Position numbers and translations under genes: made by a program. From Spirogloea muscicola (lineage: Eukaryota): a stretch of 60,446 bases of DNA. Every line of letters starts with the position of its first letter. The stretch's first letter is position 1. The notes beneath the pieces are model-generated. The model was not told the DNA's origin, ran no database searches, and was given only the letters and a program-made list of their open reading frames with translations. Positions 12,199 through 24,550 of this stretch are shown here, in pieces. The DNA lies in the NCBI GenBank assembly GCA_009602725.1, contig WELB01000032.1, forward strand, positions 46,508 to 106,953. The letters run 5' to 3'.

Positions 12199-13204
12199 AT
12201 GTTTACCAGCCAGCTGGAGGAATTGGATACTTGCTACCCGTCTGCTATTCATGCAGGTTCCTTTCCAGACGAGTCCTTAGAGGATCAAACCTTACTTGAA
12301 TCTATACAAGCCCTATCAGCGGCTGAGGTTGACCAAGTAGTCTGGCCCAACCGCAATCCAGTCATTTATGAAGGAAGGCCAGTATCTGAAGGTAGAGAAA
12401 GCAGCACCACTGCTGCAACCGAATTCAAGCAGGTACTACCAAAGAGCAGGAGGAGCAGCACGAGTGGTTCTTGTGCTCCTTGTCAGCACCAGCATAAGTC
12501 GTGCAAAGAGAATTGCGACCTCAAGATTCCCAGCATGCACCCATGCAAGGAGCCTGCCTTGAAGAATTGGATTAAAGTCCACAAAGCTTATGGTTCCTCC
12601 AAAATCTATAAGATGGTGGAGCGCACACACAGGGGCGATCGGGAAAGGCTGATGCAAAGGTTTGCAATACTTGTCTGTCACCAGAAGTGCACGACTGCTA
12701 GCCTGGGCATTGTATCCTCAGAAAGTACAAGCATCCTGACTGCAGATTGTTCACTACTAGCGTACTGCAAGTACACCTACACTTGCGATATGCCGTTATC
12801 TGGCACGATGATTATCAGCTACCTCTGACATTATAAAAAAAATTAAAACTAACACGGATAAGCACTTCTTTTGTGGCACATGCTTTGTAGTCTGATATAC
12901 GAGGCGACCTGCAGAGAAAAGTACCCAGTATGTGGTGCAGCTGGGGTCCACGGGAACTTGTCACAAAAGATCACTAAGCTGGAAGCGGCGAATTCCAAGC
13001 TTCAATTGAGAGTATTGCAGCTCGAGGTGATTATCTTCCACTCTTGTGCTCAATGACAATTGGCACATGTTGCCCTCTGTCAGGGTTGCAGCTTCAGTGA
13101 TTATCTTCCACTCTTGTGCTCAATGACAATTGGCACATGTTGCCCTCTGTCAGAGTTGCAGCTTCAGTGATATATTTACACAACCTGCAAAATCCAAGCA
13201 TTGA
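12199..13204 (+). CDS. LOB-domain (LBD/AS2-like) transcription factor, divergent, class I-like
   Basis: CAPCQHQHKSCKENC is CX2CX6CX3C. VHKAYGSSKIYKMV is the GAS block. A GT-AG intron at 12660-12890 joins ..RLMQS|LIYEATCREKYPVCG to a leucine-zipper-like LSQKITKLEAANSKLQLRVLQL. Exons about 12199-12659, 12891-13026, 13154-13204. The start and last exon are uncertain. Confidence 0.8.
13027..13171 (+). repeat. 70-bp tandem duplication covering LBD intron 2 and 13 nt of the next exon
   Basis: gtgattatcttccactc...ctgtcag(g/a)gttgcagcttca at 13027-13096 and 13097-13166, one mismatch. Confidence 0.95.
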
Positions 13205-14239
13205 AGTAAGCGGCACTGTATGAAATGTAACATTATCTGTGTCCTGGTTCCCTTGTGGGACATGCTGCACAGTCTGCACTTCGAACTCATGCACTCCAGG
13301 AGGCCCATTCATTGGCTGGGAATTACTTAAGCAAGCTTAGTCGTGAGTATTACTTACAAGCACTAGCTTTGCCTCCCAATCAGTTGCACCTTCCAGTGTC
13401 TAGTATTGAAGGTTGTCATGGCTACGTCCATGATGATGTCAAGCCACCGTCTACATGAATTAGCGGCGCAAGGACAGGTCAATGATTGCAGATGATACTT
13501 ACCGATGTAACAAGGTTGACTGTCCGAGACATCATGGCAATGTCTGCTGGCTCACGAACTGTCTGGTTTCCATTGTCTTATGCCTAGATCCTTACAACGT
13601 AAATAGAAGCACGCTATGCTTGCGCACTTATCCGCACAATTCTTCATGCAGCATACATTATGTAAGGTCAAAGAATAGATTAGGAAGACGTGTTTGCATT
13701 GCTCGTTGCCCCTCAGCTTCCGCAGCAATACATCATAAGCCATGTGGTAGAAGGAATGATTGAACAAACTGTCGGCTCAACGAGCGTGGCACTTGATATG
13801 TTGCACTGAGTGAGGAGCCGCGTGACCATGAGCACGGCAGCGGCGGCAGAGGCAGCAGCGTGACCCGGTCAGCATCGACATAACGTTTCACTACCCCTCA
13901 GTAATTTAGGGCTGTGGCAGGTGAAGGGCCATGCTCGTTGTCAGGCCAGCAAGCTCAGGAAAGCTCCGTCGCCATCGCAGCAAGCAAGTCTCGAGTTGCG
14001 CAGCGCAGCAGGGCCTAAACCCTTATAGCGCCCGGCGTTGGCCAGCTCGGACACTCCTGGAACTCGCTGAAGGGCCTGCGTCAGAGTTGCTGCTGCTCGT
14101 AAATGCAACGACGACGCATTCCCGCTAAGCTACAATCTTTGGTCTAGCAGGAGGCGATCTCATAGTACCTCAGAAATTATCTGGTTCTTTGGCCCCGACA
14201 CTCTCCCTCTACTTGAGGGGAGCGCGGCTGCTGCTAGTA

Positions 14240-14630
14240 AAAGAGCGGCTGTGAAAGGCAGCCAGGTGCATACAGAGGATCTCCATAAGTGCATTAGCGG
14301 AGCCAAAGGCTAGGCAAACAGGGCGCTCATAATTACCCCGTCAGCACTGGTAATGTGACGAGCTGATGGGAGGCAAAGCAACCCCGCTGCGCAAGCCAGA
14401 GGCTGGAGGTAAGCCTTGGACTTCCATGGCGCCGGAGGTAAGCCAGCGGTTCGGACCGATGCTATGGTACTCTTTGCCACAATGGCAAGGTAACGGAGCA
14501 GCATGAACGCTTACATGCAGCTCTGTGCAGCAACACCCACATCTGACACGGACGGGACTCAGCCTCGGATCCGTTTCGACAGGACTACTTGATTGATTGA
14601 TTGCGACGACAGCAATGGAGGTTGCCAAAA
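14240..14630 (-). mobile_element. Degenerate CRE-like RLE/3' end relic
   Basis: Homologous to 24310-24550 and 10800-10940 (ASGLRSGVALP tail, ggctgtgaaaggcagcc hairpin). Upstream VETDP and AMEVQG resemble RLE motifs. Confidence 0.6.
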
Positions 14631-16380
14631 TTTGGTGATGCCCTGGAGAGGCAACAGGAGCGGCACTTATCCCATTATTAGCTCTGTGCAGAGGACTCGC
14701 CCATTTTGTTGCCGAGGTGGTCGATGAAAGTTAAAAAACATGGCGCAGGATGAGTCAGCTAGCGGATCTGCAAATGCTTGCCAAATGCTTGGCAGCGGCG
14801 GTCTTCCAGCGTAGCCAACTCGCCAACAGCGTCAGGCAGATCAAGCAGATTGGCAGTAAGCAGCATCAGAAGCAACATCCTTCCACCCTCGGCAGCGTTG
14901 TGGGAAGATGAGAAAGCTCGTCTTCATTTTGGTGGCTTCTGCTTCCAGTAAGCAGAAGCCACTTCCAACTAATCCATTCAGGTCGAGACAGACATCAGAT
15001 TAGACTCATGTGGCTTTTGCCGAGATAGCAATCTGCGCAAATTCCTTGCAAACAGAGTCACAACATGGAGGGCTCAAGAAGCTGGCACTCACTCTGTTTG
15101 ATGTCAAATTGCACAAACCACGTCAACTGTAGAAGTCCAAATTTGAGGAAGGAAGCTGTGAAGCATATCAAGCTGAGCATCATTGTCTTTTTTGAGTAGT
15201 TGCATGCTTGAGTCTGCTGATTCTGTACAAGTCTTTCATGTCAGAAGATTCTCCATGATTCGCACATGTACTTGAAGTGACATAAGCCTTTCGTGACCTA
15301 CTCAGGGGTCACCTGTGAAATTTAGGATGTAAACTCATTTCGCATGCTCATTGGAAGGCCATCAATTGGAAGGCCATCCAATTGCAGTGAAATCACTGTG
15401 CAGCAGTGCAAGTGTCGTCCGCACACCCTGCCTAAGAAGTGTCACTCAGCTCAAATGGCCAGAAAACCACAGGCCCTAATGCCGGGTAGCCACGGCAATG
15501 AGCTTCTTCACATCGATAGTAGCTGCTTCATTACATAATGTGAAGAAAGTCCTCCCCTGCTGAACAAGGAAGCTCGACATGGTAGTGGGGGTTACCGAGG
15601 GAAATCCCAATCTTCACTCTATCGTCCTTCTTACATTAGAGTCAAAGCAAAATGGAGATGGGCTGACCTACTTCACATGAGACACCATGAGCAGTCTAGA
15701 AGATATCACAAGACTGTACTTGATTGCGCAGCATAATATATTAAGGATGCTAGAGAAGTTCCTATGCTTTAATTCTACATCACAGAGTGAAGCTTCGATG
15801 TCTCGTCCACTCCAAAGACACCAATTTTGGAATGGCCTGATTACTCAATCTGCCTCTCAATGTGAACCTCATTGCCCTCCCTTCAAAAGCTATGATTGCC
15901 AAGAAAGAATGATGTATCTATCTTTGGGATGGTCTTCTTGATCATGGAATGAGATGCGAAGTACATGAAGTCTTTCCACTGGAGAAGGACAGAACAGAGA
16001 GGGCAAAGGGAGTACTTCAAGCAATGAGATAAGGACTGGAGACGAAGGGACGATAGGGATAGGGTAGACCATTGGCGATGGCACCGAAGGGATGAACACT
16101 GCCATCCAGATTCGCATTCATCTACCTACAATATGATGCTGCACAAAACTACCTACAAGATATTTGTGCATGCAAAGCCCTCGAAGCTGTGGCAGTGTAG
16201 CCCGCTGCTTCGAAGCTGGTTGGTCTGGGTCCAGCAGTTTAAGGTTCCTCTGTAAGAAGGCCTGAGCAGAGCTGTTGGCCGCGGCTACCGTGAGCATAAC
16301 GTCTTTTTACAACTACTTGTTCGGAGCATTCCTCCTCACCTTTGGCTCCAGTTTGTCTATGACTACTCATGAACAGCAAG

Positions 16381-19300
16381 TCAACTAATAAGATCTTGAA
16401 AGAGCTCAGGCTTGGTGCCGCCAATGGTGACGCCTGCTTGCCGGGCGACCGCATCCTTCTGAAGTACCGATGCTGAAGAAGGGCCGAGAACGACTTTGGT
16501 GGAAGGAGGCACGCTCTGCAAACCCGTCGGCATCACAGCAACCTCACTTGACGAGAGCGTATTCTGAGCAGAAATGAGAGGGCCCTGAGGAATGGCTGAG
16601 CTACCAAGCTGAGGTGGTTGCGAATGCAGGAGGCCTTCCAGTTGCTGGAATGGGTCCAGGGCAGACACAGGTGCTGTGAGAGGCCCGCCGCTGGGCTCCG
16701 GCATGTCAGTGAAGTCTAGAAGATCTCCAATAATGGGCTGAGCCCGCTGTGAGTCTGCTGGGACATAGTCGCCGCCGTTTCGTGTCCCCTCATGCCGAGC
16801 CACTTGGCCCCGAGCCAAGGCCCCTGGCTTTGCTCTCAGGGGGGCCCGTGGAGGCTCAGGCGCCTGCCTAGGCCCACTGGTACCTCCTCCCCCAAAGAGA
16901 ACAGCCGCTTTCTTCTGCTTCTCTGCAGATGCCTCCAATTCTGCCTGCTTTCTCCTATCTAGATACTTCGGCTCGTGCATTCTGGACGTCACAAATTCCG
17001 AGGCCACAGCACTGCTGCCGCTGGTGCTGCTTGCTGGTGCAGGAGGCACCTGGGACGATGAGCTGGGTAGGGGAGCAGGGGCAGAGGCTGAAGCCATCGT
17101 AGGACGGCCCCACTTTTTCTGCACGCCCTCGAGCTTCAGCCGAGCCAACGTCTGGCCATTCTGCAAATTGCCATTGCCAACCGCCTGCGCCACCCCAGCT
17201 TCTGCTGGCAAGTCCACGAGGCGCTGGTCGCTCCCGCTGCGGTGATGAAAGCCTTCTCGGCTGGCAATCTGCCGCAAGTCTGTGGCAGACGATGATGACG
17301 GGAGGGAAGCAGTTGTGGGGAGCGTGGGGGTCTCGTAGGCCTCAAAGCGAAGGGCCTGCTGTCCACGACTGGAGAGCTTTTCCCTAGCAGCAGCAAGCGC
17401 TGCCAAGCCCTCGTCCTGGCTTCGAGGAGTATATGGCTGTGCCCCACGTGCCAGGGCATCTTGTACAAAGCCATCCAAAAAGTGCAGCTCGTTGTCTACC
17501 TGTATGTGTACGACCTTTGATCTGTTAGAGGCACACTTGCGCATATACCTCATGAACAATGACTGAGAGGTCAGGATCACACAGCTCTCATGTCATCCCT
17601 TTGGCTTCACAGTGCTGTAGTAACACAAAGCGCAGCTAAGCTACAGAAAGAAAATAGCAACTCCAACTTCAGAACACCCTTACATTTCATACAAATCTCT
17701 ACCCAGACAGCTTGCTAAAGTGTGGTGGAAGCCCACTTCGTACCTCAATGTCTTCGCAGCTGGCATCGGGCGGCAGGGCTTGGCTGACAATGTCAGGCGG
17801 TAAACCAAGAAGCGACTGAAGCTCATACGCCCTTTGCTGCAGATCTGTAGAATGTGATGCTGAAAGCTCATCCAGTAGCGCACGAGCCTGTCAAAGACGA
17901 CCAGTCACGCCTGTACTCAGACGGGAGAGGATCATGCTAAAGACAGATGGTTGAGAGCCTGGTGTAGCAAAGACCCTGCACCTAAGTACCTATACAATCG
18001 CGATTGTGAACAACACAAGCATCACGACCTGTAGTGCAGGTTTTCAAGTACCTCTGGAAGAAGCCTGTGCTTCCTGCCAGCCCCTATCTCAAACGCCAAA
18101 ATCTTGGTGATGGCAGTGATTGCCATGCCCTGCAGATAGGTCGCACCAGTATAATTACAAGTTCAATGTTGTCTCCTTGATCTGCTTCGAACTGCAATAT
18201 TAAAAAGGTGAGATGAGTTTTATATACAATCAAGCATACCTTCACAACGTCATCGCTTGAATGACTCTCAGCAACATCACACAGACGCCCTATGATGTCT
18301 TCAACAGAGTAATTGCCATGAAGGGTGCCATATTCTCCAAGCACCCAACAGATAACCTGAAATGAGAACAAACACAATCGCAGCCTGCCTGAGTCCACCT
18401 TGTATCAGAAGTGCCTGAGCCTTTGACATCATTGTGTAAGATATGGATTGAAGTCTAGGGTGTGTCAGAGCGGTTGGCACCGGCAGACAATGCACCAACA
18501 CTATTCAAAGACCCTGGCAATGCAGACAGACCAGGTACTCCAAAATTGCATTGCCAAAGCTAGAAATGTCATGAGAAGACAGGCTAGCTCATCTTTCCAT
18601 ACTATTGAGCCCTAGCAACTGGCACATCAGCAGACATGGCAGATCGATGCTGGCCTGGAGAAGAACTGATGGCAGCTTGGGCTCGTCCAGCAGCTTCAGG
18701 TATGAATTGACCTATGAGGATCCACGTATCAAACTTACACAATATCAGGTGCAAGTTGGCACCTTCGTGTAATTCACAAAACGGTGCACAATATCACATA
18801 GCAGAGAATCTGAGAGTCGTATCCATATAGTAGAGTCCTTTTTAGGTGAGTCCAAGCTGGGGACCTGCTGCTCACAAGTAGGGTCTGCATTGCATGTGCA
18901 TATTCAGCAGCAGACCTGGGATACGAATACGACCTGAGTAGGCCTGGTAGTGAAAATGCAACTACGACATTGATTTCAGCTTCAAATTGTTCACTACTCG
19001 CCATCCCGCTCTTCACGGTCAGCAGAAACGGGTGACATACCGCAGAGGAACGAAGAAGATTGTCAGCATCCTCATCTTCTTCTCCAGACCCCTCGGCAAT
19101 GAGTCGCATCAGATCATGAGCAACCTTTGGCCTCACAAGGTCGCCAGCCAACTCAAAGACAGAGTTCATGATCTGCACAACATGAAGATGTTTTTGATGC
19201 ACTTAGGCATGCAAAAGGCTACTGTTGTGTAACTTCTACAGTAAAAGCATGCACTTCACCAGATGTCTATCAGCCAATTTATATTCGTCATTACAGCCAC

Positions 19301-22003
19301 TGACTGACCTGAATATACCACAAATTGTTTGGTGCAAATCGTTCTGCGAGCTCCATGATGCGAGAAGCAATGTCAGTTTTATTATGTGTATCTGTCACAG
19401 TCCGCATGTAGTTAATCATCAGGTCAGCTATGACCTCCACGTTATCCCCTTTCGTCATCTTGTACAGAAGATCCAATGTCTTTCTCTTCAGTGTATCATC
19501 GGGGTCCTGCAATAGATTTGCAACTTTTCATTACAGAGGGCAAAGCGAAGCATTCTGCTTTGCTAAACCAATCCAGAACACTCAAGCAACTCCTTGTGGA
19601 TCACAAGACTACCTATACTTTGCACCAGAAATTACATCACGACCAGAGGTCACAGATTCTCATGTGGCTCTTGGCAGCATGCTCCAGCCAGAAGGTGACC
19701 TACAGATCAACTGCTATCTACTCACTGAGTAGATAAGCCACTCACCTCCAAACAATCAATCACAGCAATTTGATGCTCAGTTGCAACTTCGGGGTTGATC
19801 CTGACCACTCTTCCCAGTGCGTCAATTCCCATGTACTTCAGATTGTGGCTGTCACTCTGACAGAAGAAGCAGCAAGGGATATTCATCACTCAATATATAA
19901 TCAAGGTGCCTTACAAGCTGCAAGCTGACCTGAATGACTAAAGCGGAACATATTGAGGCCACATCTAGATCACCAACTTGGTCCAGGGTTTCTAGTTGCA
20001 GATAGGAAGTATCACAGTTGTCAAAGGAGATAAAACGACTTGGCGATTGCACCTTCAAGAATTTGGAGGTCACTGATGCACTGGTCTCCAGAAGCTTTAA
20101 GTTTGGGTGGATGGATGTTATGGTACATATGCACTCGTACAAGATGGCGTTTCCAATGGTGCTGCCGGTATCACTCAGTCGTAAGACATCTATCAGAACG
20201 CTGTACATGTTCTCACTTGTGTACTTATCTCCAACCCCCAGAAGCGCTAGAATCTTCAAAAGCTTGATCTGTCACACCAAAGTGTCAGGTCCATCCACAG
20301 CCATTGCATAAGAACTTATGGGCACCTCTTGCATACAGCTAAGCAATTTCGTTCTGACTGCACAAGTAAAGGAGAAACTTCTTCACTCATGGAGAGTGCC
20401 CCAAATTGCCCATTGCTTCTGACCTGCAGTATCAAGCACGCCCTTTGCAGGATAGACTCAAAGCATGAAGGAGAGTGAGGGCACGAAGTTAACCTGGATA
20501 AAAGGAGCAGGTGTGCGATGGTAATCATAAAGTTTAGGCAGCCGATGCTCTGCAACCTGCTTAAGTATGCTGACGAAGCTGGCTGTAAGGTTCTTGTATG
20601 GTCCCGCATCAAGAGCAATTAGGTCATGGAGAGCGCAGAGAGCAGCACTCATCACACTAGGATCCTTGTCGCACAGGACCTGCAAAGGACCAGATTGCTG
20701 GCAAGTTTACAAACCCTCTCAAGTGACTTCCTTTCAATGGAGCCACTTCATTGATTGCCAGCATCAGCTTCATAGTTGAAAGAAAGAAGCAATCTCTGTC
20801 CACAACCAGAGCAGAAGAGGGGCTCGCCTGCCGAAATTTGGGGACTATGTGCGACACGGTTGACGGAGAGCGTTGGAAGAAGCGGTGCAAGGCCATAACA
20901 GCCTTCTTGCGTATTGTTTCTTTTGGGTGGTTCAGAAGCTCGGTGACCTGGTCGACATTCCAGCAGATATATCACTGATGTGGTAGATTTGCTGTACTGA
21001 ACCTTGAGTCTAGCTTGCACAGCTTGTAAACATCGTCTGACCTGTCTCCTGCTTCTGCTGGCTAGGCACACAGGTATACAGACCTGAGGAAGGACAGCTG
21101 GTATAGCCTCTTCATTGATCAGCTTGCAGACTGCCGTCAGAGCCGCGCAGACTATGAGGTGATTGTCTGACTTCAAGTCTTTCTGTATCGTATTAACAAT
21201 GAGGATGATGAGGTCATGGTTGTCGTCAAGGAACAGTGTCACAGCAAGGTAGCCAGTCTTCTTCAGTGGCAGGCTGTCGTCGTGTGTCATCTTCACAGCA
21301 TGAATGTACCCGAAGGAAGCATCATGCCCAAGCATCTCCACATACACCAGGCGGATGATGTACTCCTGTCAGCATGAAGCATGAGTTGATGCAGGTTGAT
21401 GAGACGCTTCCTGATGCAAGAGCCTAACACCAGTAGCTTCTGTGCACGCCAGTCAGACATATTGACGGGGCAGACTGATTCGATCTCGTGACTGTGCTAG
21501 TACAGGATTGCCTGTTTGCAGCAACTTGACAAAGAACTGGAGAAGCTCCTCAGGCAGCTTAAGCAAAATATAGCTATGGCAATGTTCTGAAACAGAAAAG
21601 CGAAAGTATCATGGAGGTGGACCTTCATCTTCTTCTTCGGCACATCCGGCTCTGCGATCCTCTTCTTCAGGATTTCAATCTCACCTGCTACGATGCGATC
21701 CTCCTCAGCCTACGCACCGGCACAAGCTAGCAGACAAGCTCAATCCAACTTGCTCGGTGCGCGAACCAGGCTGTGCTTGAGCCTGTCATGGTTATTCGCC
21801 GCGGCGCCTGTGAAAGAGCCCATGGTCATTGCAGCAGACAGCCGACAGAGGGCGGCCCCTTGGCTGCCAGCAGGAGGGGTGCGCACCCTGGACTTGGCCT
21901 CGCCGATGCTCTTGACGAGGTCGAGAAATTCCTTGGACGAGCCCCAGCCGGCCTGGGACCCGGCCATGGCCAGGTCCCGGCCGAAGGTTTTGAGCTGCTC
22001 CAG
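16381..22003 (-). CDS. AP4E: AP-4 adaptor complex subunit epsilon (14 exons, about 987 aa)
   Basis: Exons 22003-21887, 21709-21623, 21365-21084, 20947-20828, 20679-20494, 20268-20053, 19856-19746, 19506-19309, 19172-19041, 18711-18655, 18356-18240, 18129-18052, 17887-17744 and 17499-16381 splice in frame. Motifs SKEFLDLVKSIGEAKS, YVEMLGHDASFGYIHAVK, DPDDTLKRKT and ALRFEAYE match plant AP-4 epsilon. The first in-frame ATG is at 21967; a CTG start at 22003 is proposed. Confidence 0.96.
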
Positions 22004-22394
22004 CTTGGCCGCCTTCGTCGGGGACTGGCCAGCCGGCCGCCGTCACCGAGGCCGCCTGGCCGCGGCGTCCGCCGCGGCAGTGACGTGACGCGCCGACGAC
22101 GGCGCGCCACCACGCGCCNGCTGCGCGTCGCGGCGCGCCGCCGGCTTGGCTGCGGCGCGGAGTGCCCCGCCGGCGCCGGTGTCACGGCCGCGGCTTGGTG
22201 AACACGCCCCCGCTTGCTGTGCCACCTTCGCTGGTATCGTCACTGGAATAGCGACCGCGGGACCGTAAGAACGAGAACCCTAAGCCCCAAGTGGAGCTCA
22301 TCTATTCCAGGCGGCTGCCACAATGGCCCTGGCCTTTCCACTCCATCCGACAGCCCGGCCCACCGTCACGGAACACTGCCCTTACTGTGTCAAT

Positions 22395-22452
22395 GCTTTT
22401 CGGGCTGGCTTTTCACAGCCCTTGCCCCCCATTGGGAGTGCCACTTCTTCTA
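22395..22452 (+). mobile_element. CRE-like 3' end in the AP4E/TGD5 divergent promoter
   Basis: cgggctggcttttcacagcccttgccccccattgggagtgccacttcttc. Confidence 0.75.
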
Positions 22453-22779
22453 CATTGGCCACTTAAAGTCACTAGGCCTCGTTTGAAGGAGCTGCTTTGC
22501 TTCCTCCTTCAGCGCGAGCACTGTCTCCACGCCAGCTCGCCCGGCAGCCTCCAGCCCGCGGGGCTCGCCGCGGCCGCTGCACTCGCCAAGCAGGCGGAGC
22601 GCGCAAGCGAGGAGAGGCGGAGGGGTTTGCGTCCGCGCGGCTCCTTGAAGCTCTCTGATGCGGGCCTCTAAGCGCCCGTACCTTCCCAGTCTGCAGCCGC
22701 TGCCCCCGAGGGCCGGCGCCCTCCTTGAGAAGTCGCCTTGAGCCGCCTTGGCCCGCTGTACGTTTACGCGCTGAATCTC

Positions 22780-23790
22780 ATGACGATCGGCATGTTCGGC
22801 GGACGCGGCGTGGGCTTTGGTGAGCCACCGGGGGCCGTCACGCTCTTGCTGTGGGCGGCTGTTGCGAAGAAAGTGGTTGCTTTGTGCTTGTGTATTGTCA
22901 TAGCCATCATTGTGTTAGTTCTCATCCAACGTATTCCTCGGAGCGGTCGCTGGAGCGCTGACAACTGCATGACCTTGAGAGGTTTTAGATGAATGAAAAG
23001 CTCCATCTGCATTCCTTAGCATCAAGAAGGCTGTCCATGTCATCTTGTTGACCTTCGTTGGCCAGGATTTGGAGCCGGTTGTGGCTTTGGTGTCGGCTGG
23101 GGCTTTGGAGGTGAGATCACACAAGACATTGTGTCATGGTCCTGACAGTGTACCTTTGACAGCAAGCTTCAGCCTAGGTATAATTGATCTGCTGGCCCGT
23201 GCTATTAATGCAGCCCTTCTCATTCTGTGAAGACAAGCTAAGACTATCTCTGATTTGCATGCAGGCTCTCCCTTGTCGGTGCTTGGGCTTGGAGTCGGTA
23301 AGTTGATTGAGAGGCAAAGTACAGCTCGCTTGTGTGCAATGCCATCACTGTATTTACCACATTATGTTGGGGTAGGCTGCCACCTGAGCAGTATGAATTT
23401 ACCCCTTCAGCCAGAACATATGCACAGTGTGAATGTGGCTTTTTTGAAGCTAGCGTGAAGTTGCAAAGCAGATGTGGTGGTTGCACAGGGAAGAGAGAGA
23501 AACAATGCCCAGGGGGCCAGTGGTGGTGTAGATAAGAGAGATTGAACTGGCTTAGCAGCAGCATAGTAGTCTGCATCATTCTGAAATATCTGCTTTTCAC
23601 AAATCTCTTCAGATCACTGTATGCAGGTGGCGGTTGTGGAGTCGGACTTGGATTGGGGTGGGGTTTTGGCATGGGCTACGGTGCTCGCTACGTTGACTCG
23701 CAGCCACGATTCCAGGGCATTGATTTCCAGAGCATGAAAAGATTTGGAGAAAGGCAAGAGGAGATGAAAGCAGCTGCTAAAGGCTCATGA
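22780..23790 (+). CDS. TGD5: TRIGALACTOSYLDIACYLGLYCEROL 5-like small glycine-rich plastid envelope protein
   Basis: Exons 22780-22819, 23066-23110, 23265-23297 and 23627-23790 give [49 protein letters not shown], the TGD5 signature. Confidence 0.88.
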
Positions 23791-24309
23791 AGTGCTCGTG
23801 AATATTGTACACGGCTAGTGCTGCCTGGGTATTATCCAGCAGCTTCCTCGCGGTCTTGCCAAGCAAGTACTTCGAACTTCCTCCTCTTGCCACTTTCCCA
23901 TATTTCTGAGGCAACCATAGATTCCTCTTAAGAGGGAAACGGTTGAGCTTGAGGTTCATCAGGTTCATTAGGTTCACACATTAGGATGCTCGACCTCTGC
24001 AAAATATGACTATTTTATGTTGCAAGAAGACATGACTAGGGCGATGAGAATGATTTTACCATGCGCCTCTTGTTACCGCATCGGCATCACCCAACCTTAT
24101 AAAGCTATTGTTGGCGCGAGATCCTGCATGTACTGTTTGGTCACATTCTATTCAGGCAAGGCAAAAACCAAAGGTTTCAAGGCATCTGGCACAATGAGAC
24201 GGCTATTGCTACCCGGAAGCATCAACCATGGGACAACATTACCATTTTTGTACTTGCGGCGCGAGCCCCTTAGCACCTTGTGTAGCAAATGAATGCAGCT
24301 GCTGATGTT

Positions 24310-24550
24310 AAACGAGCGGCTGTAAGAGGCCAGCCAGATGCATACAGGTGTTCATGACAGAGCCATCTGGCTAGGCAGACAGGGCGCTCTTAGTACCCCT
24401 TTGTCAGCAGTAGGAAGTCAGATGAGCTGAGGAGAGGAAGAGCAACCCCACTGCGCAAGCCAGAGGCTGCTACAAGGGGGCGACCGGCTCGGCGGTGCAA
24501 CGCAAGCGCTTGGGATCGCTGTAGGGACATAGACGCATGCGGTAGCAGGA
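24310..24550 (-). mobile_element. CRE-like 3' end with ORF tail
   Basis: Minus translation YRMRL.SLQRSQALALHRRAGRPLVAASGLRSGVALPLLSSSDFLLLTKGY*, then the 3'UTR with hairpin. Confidence 0.8.

Noticed and set aside
14760..15240. LRR-like peptides on the minus strand (DLPDAVGELATLE, GLCNLTS)
   Set aside because: Too short and broken by stops to support a pseudogene call without a search.
22395..22452. Hairpin repeat as a hammerhead/HDV ribozyme or tRNA-derived SINE
   Set aside because: I could find no CUGANGA/GAAA core, no HDV topology and no A/B boxes. The repeat lies directly 3' of the element ORF stop.
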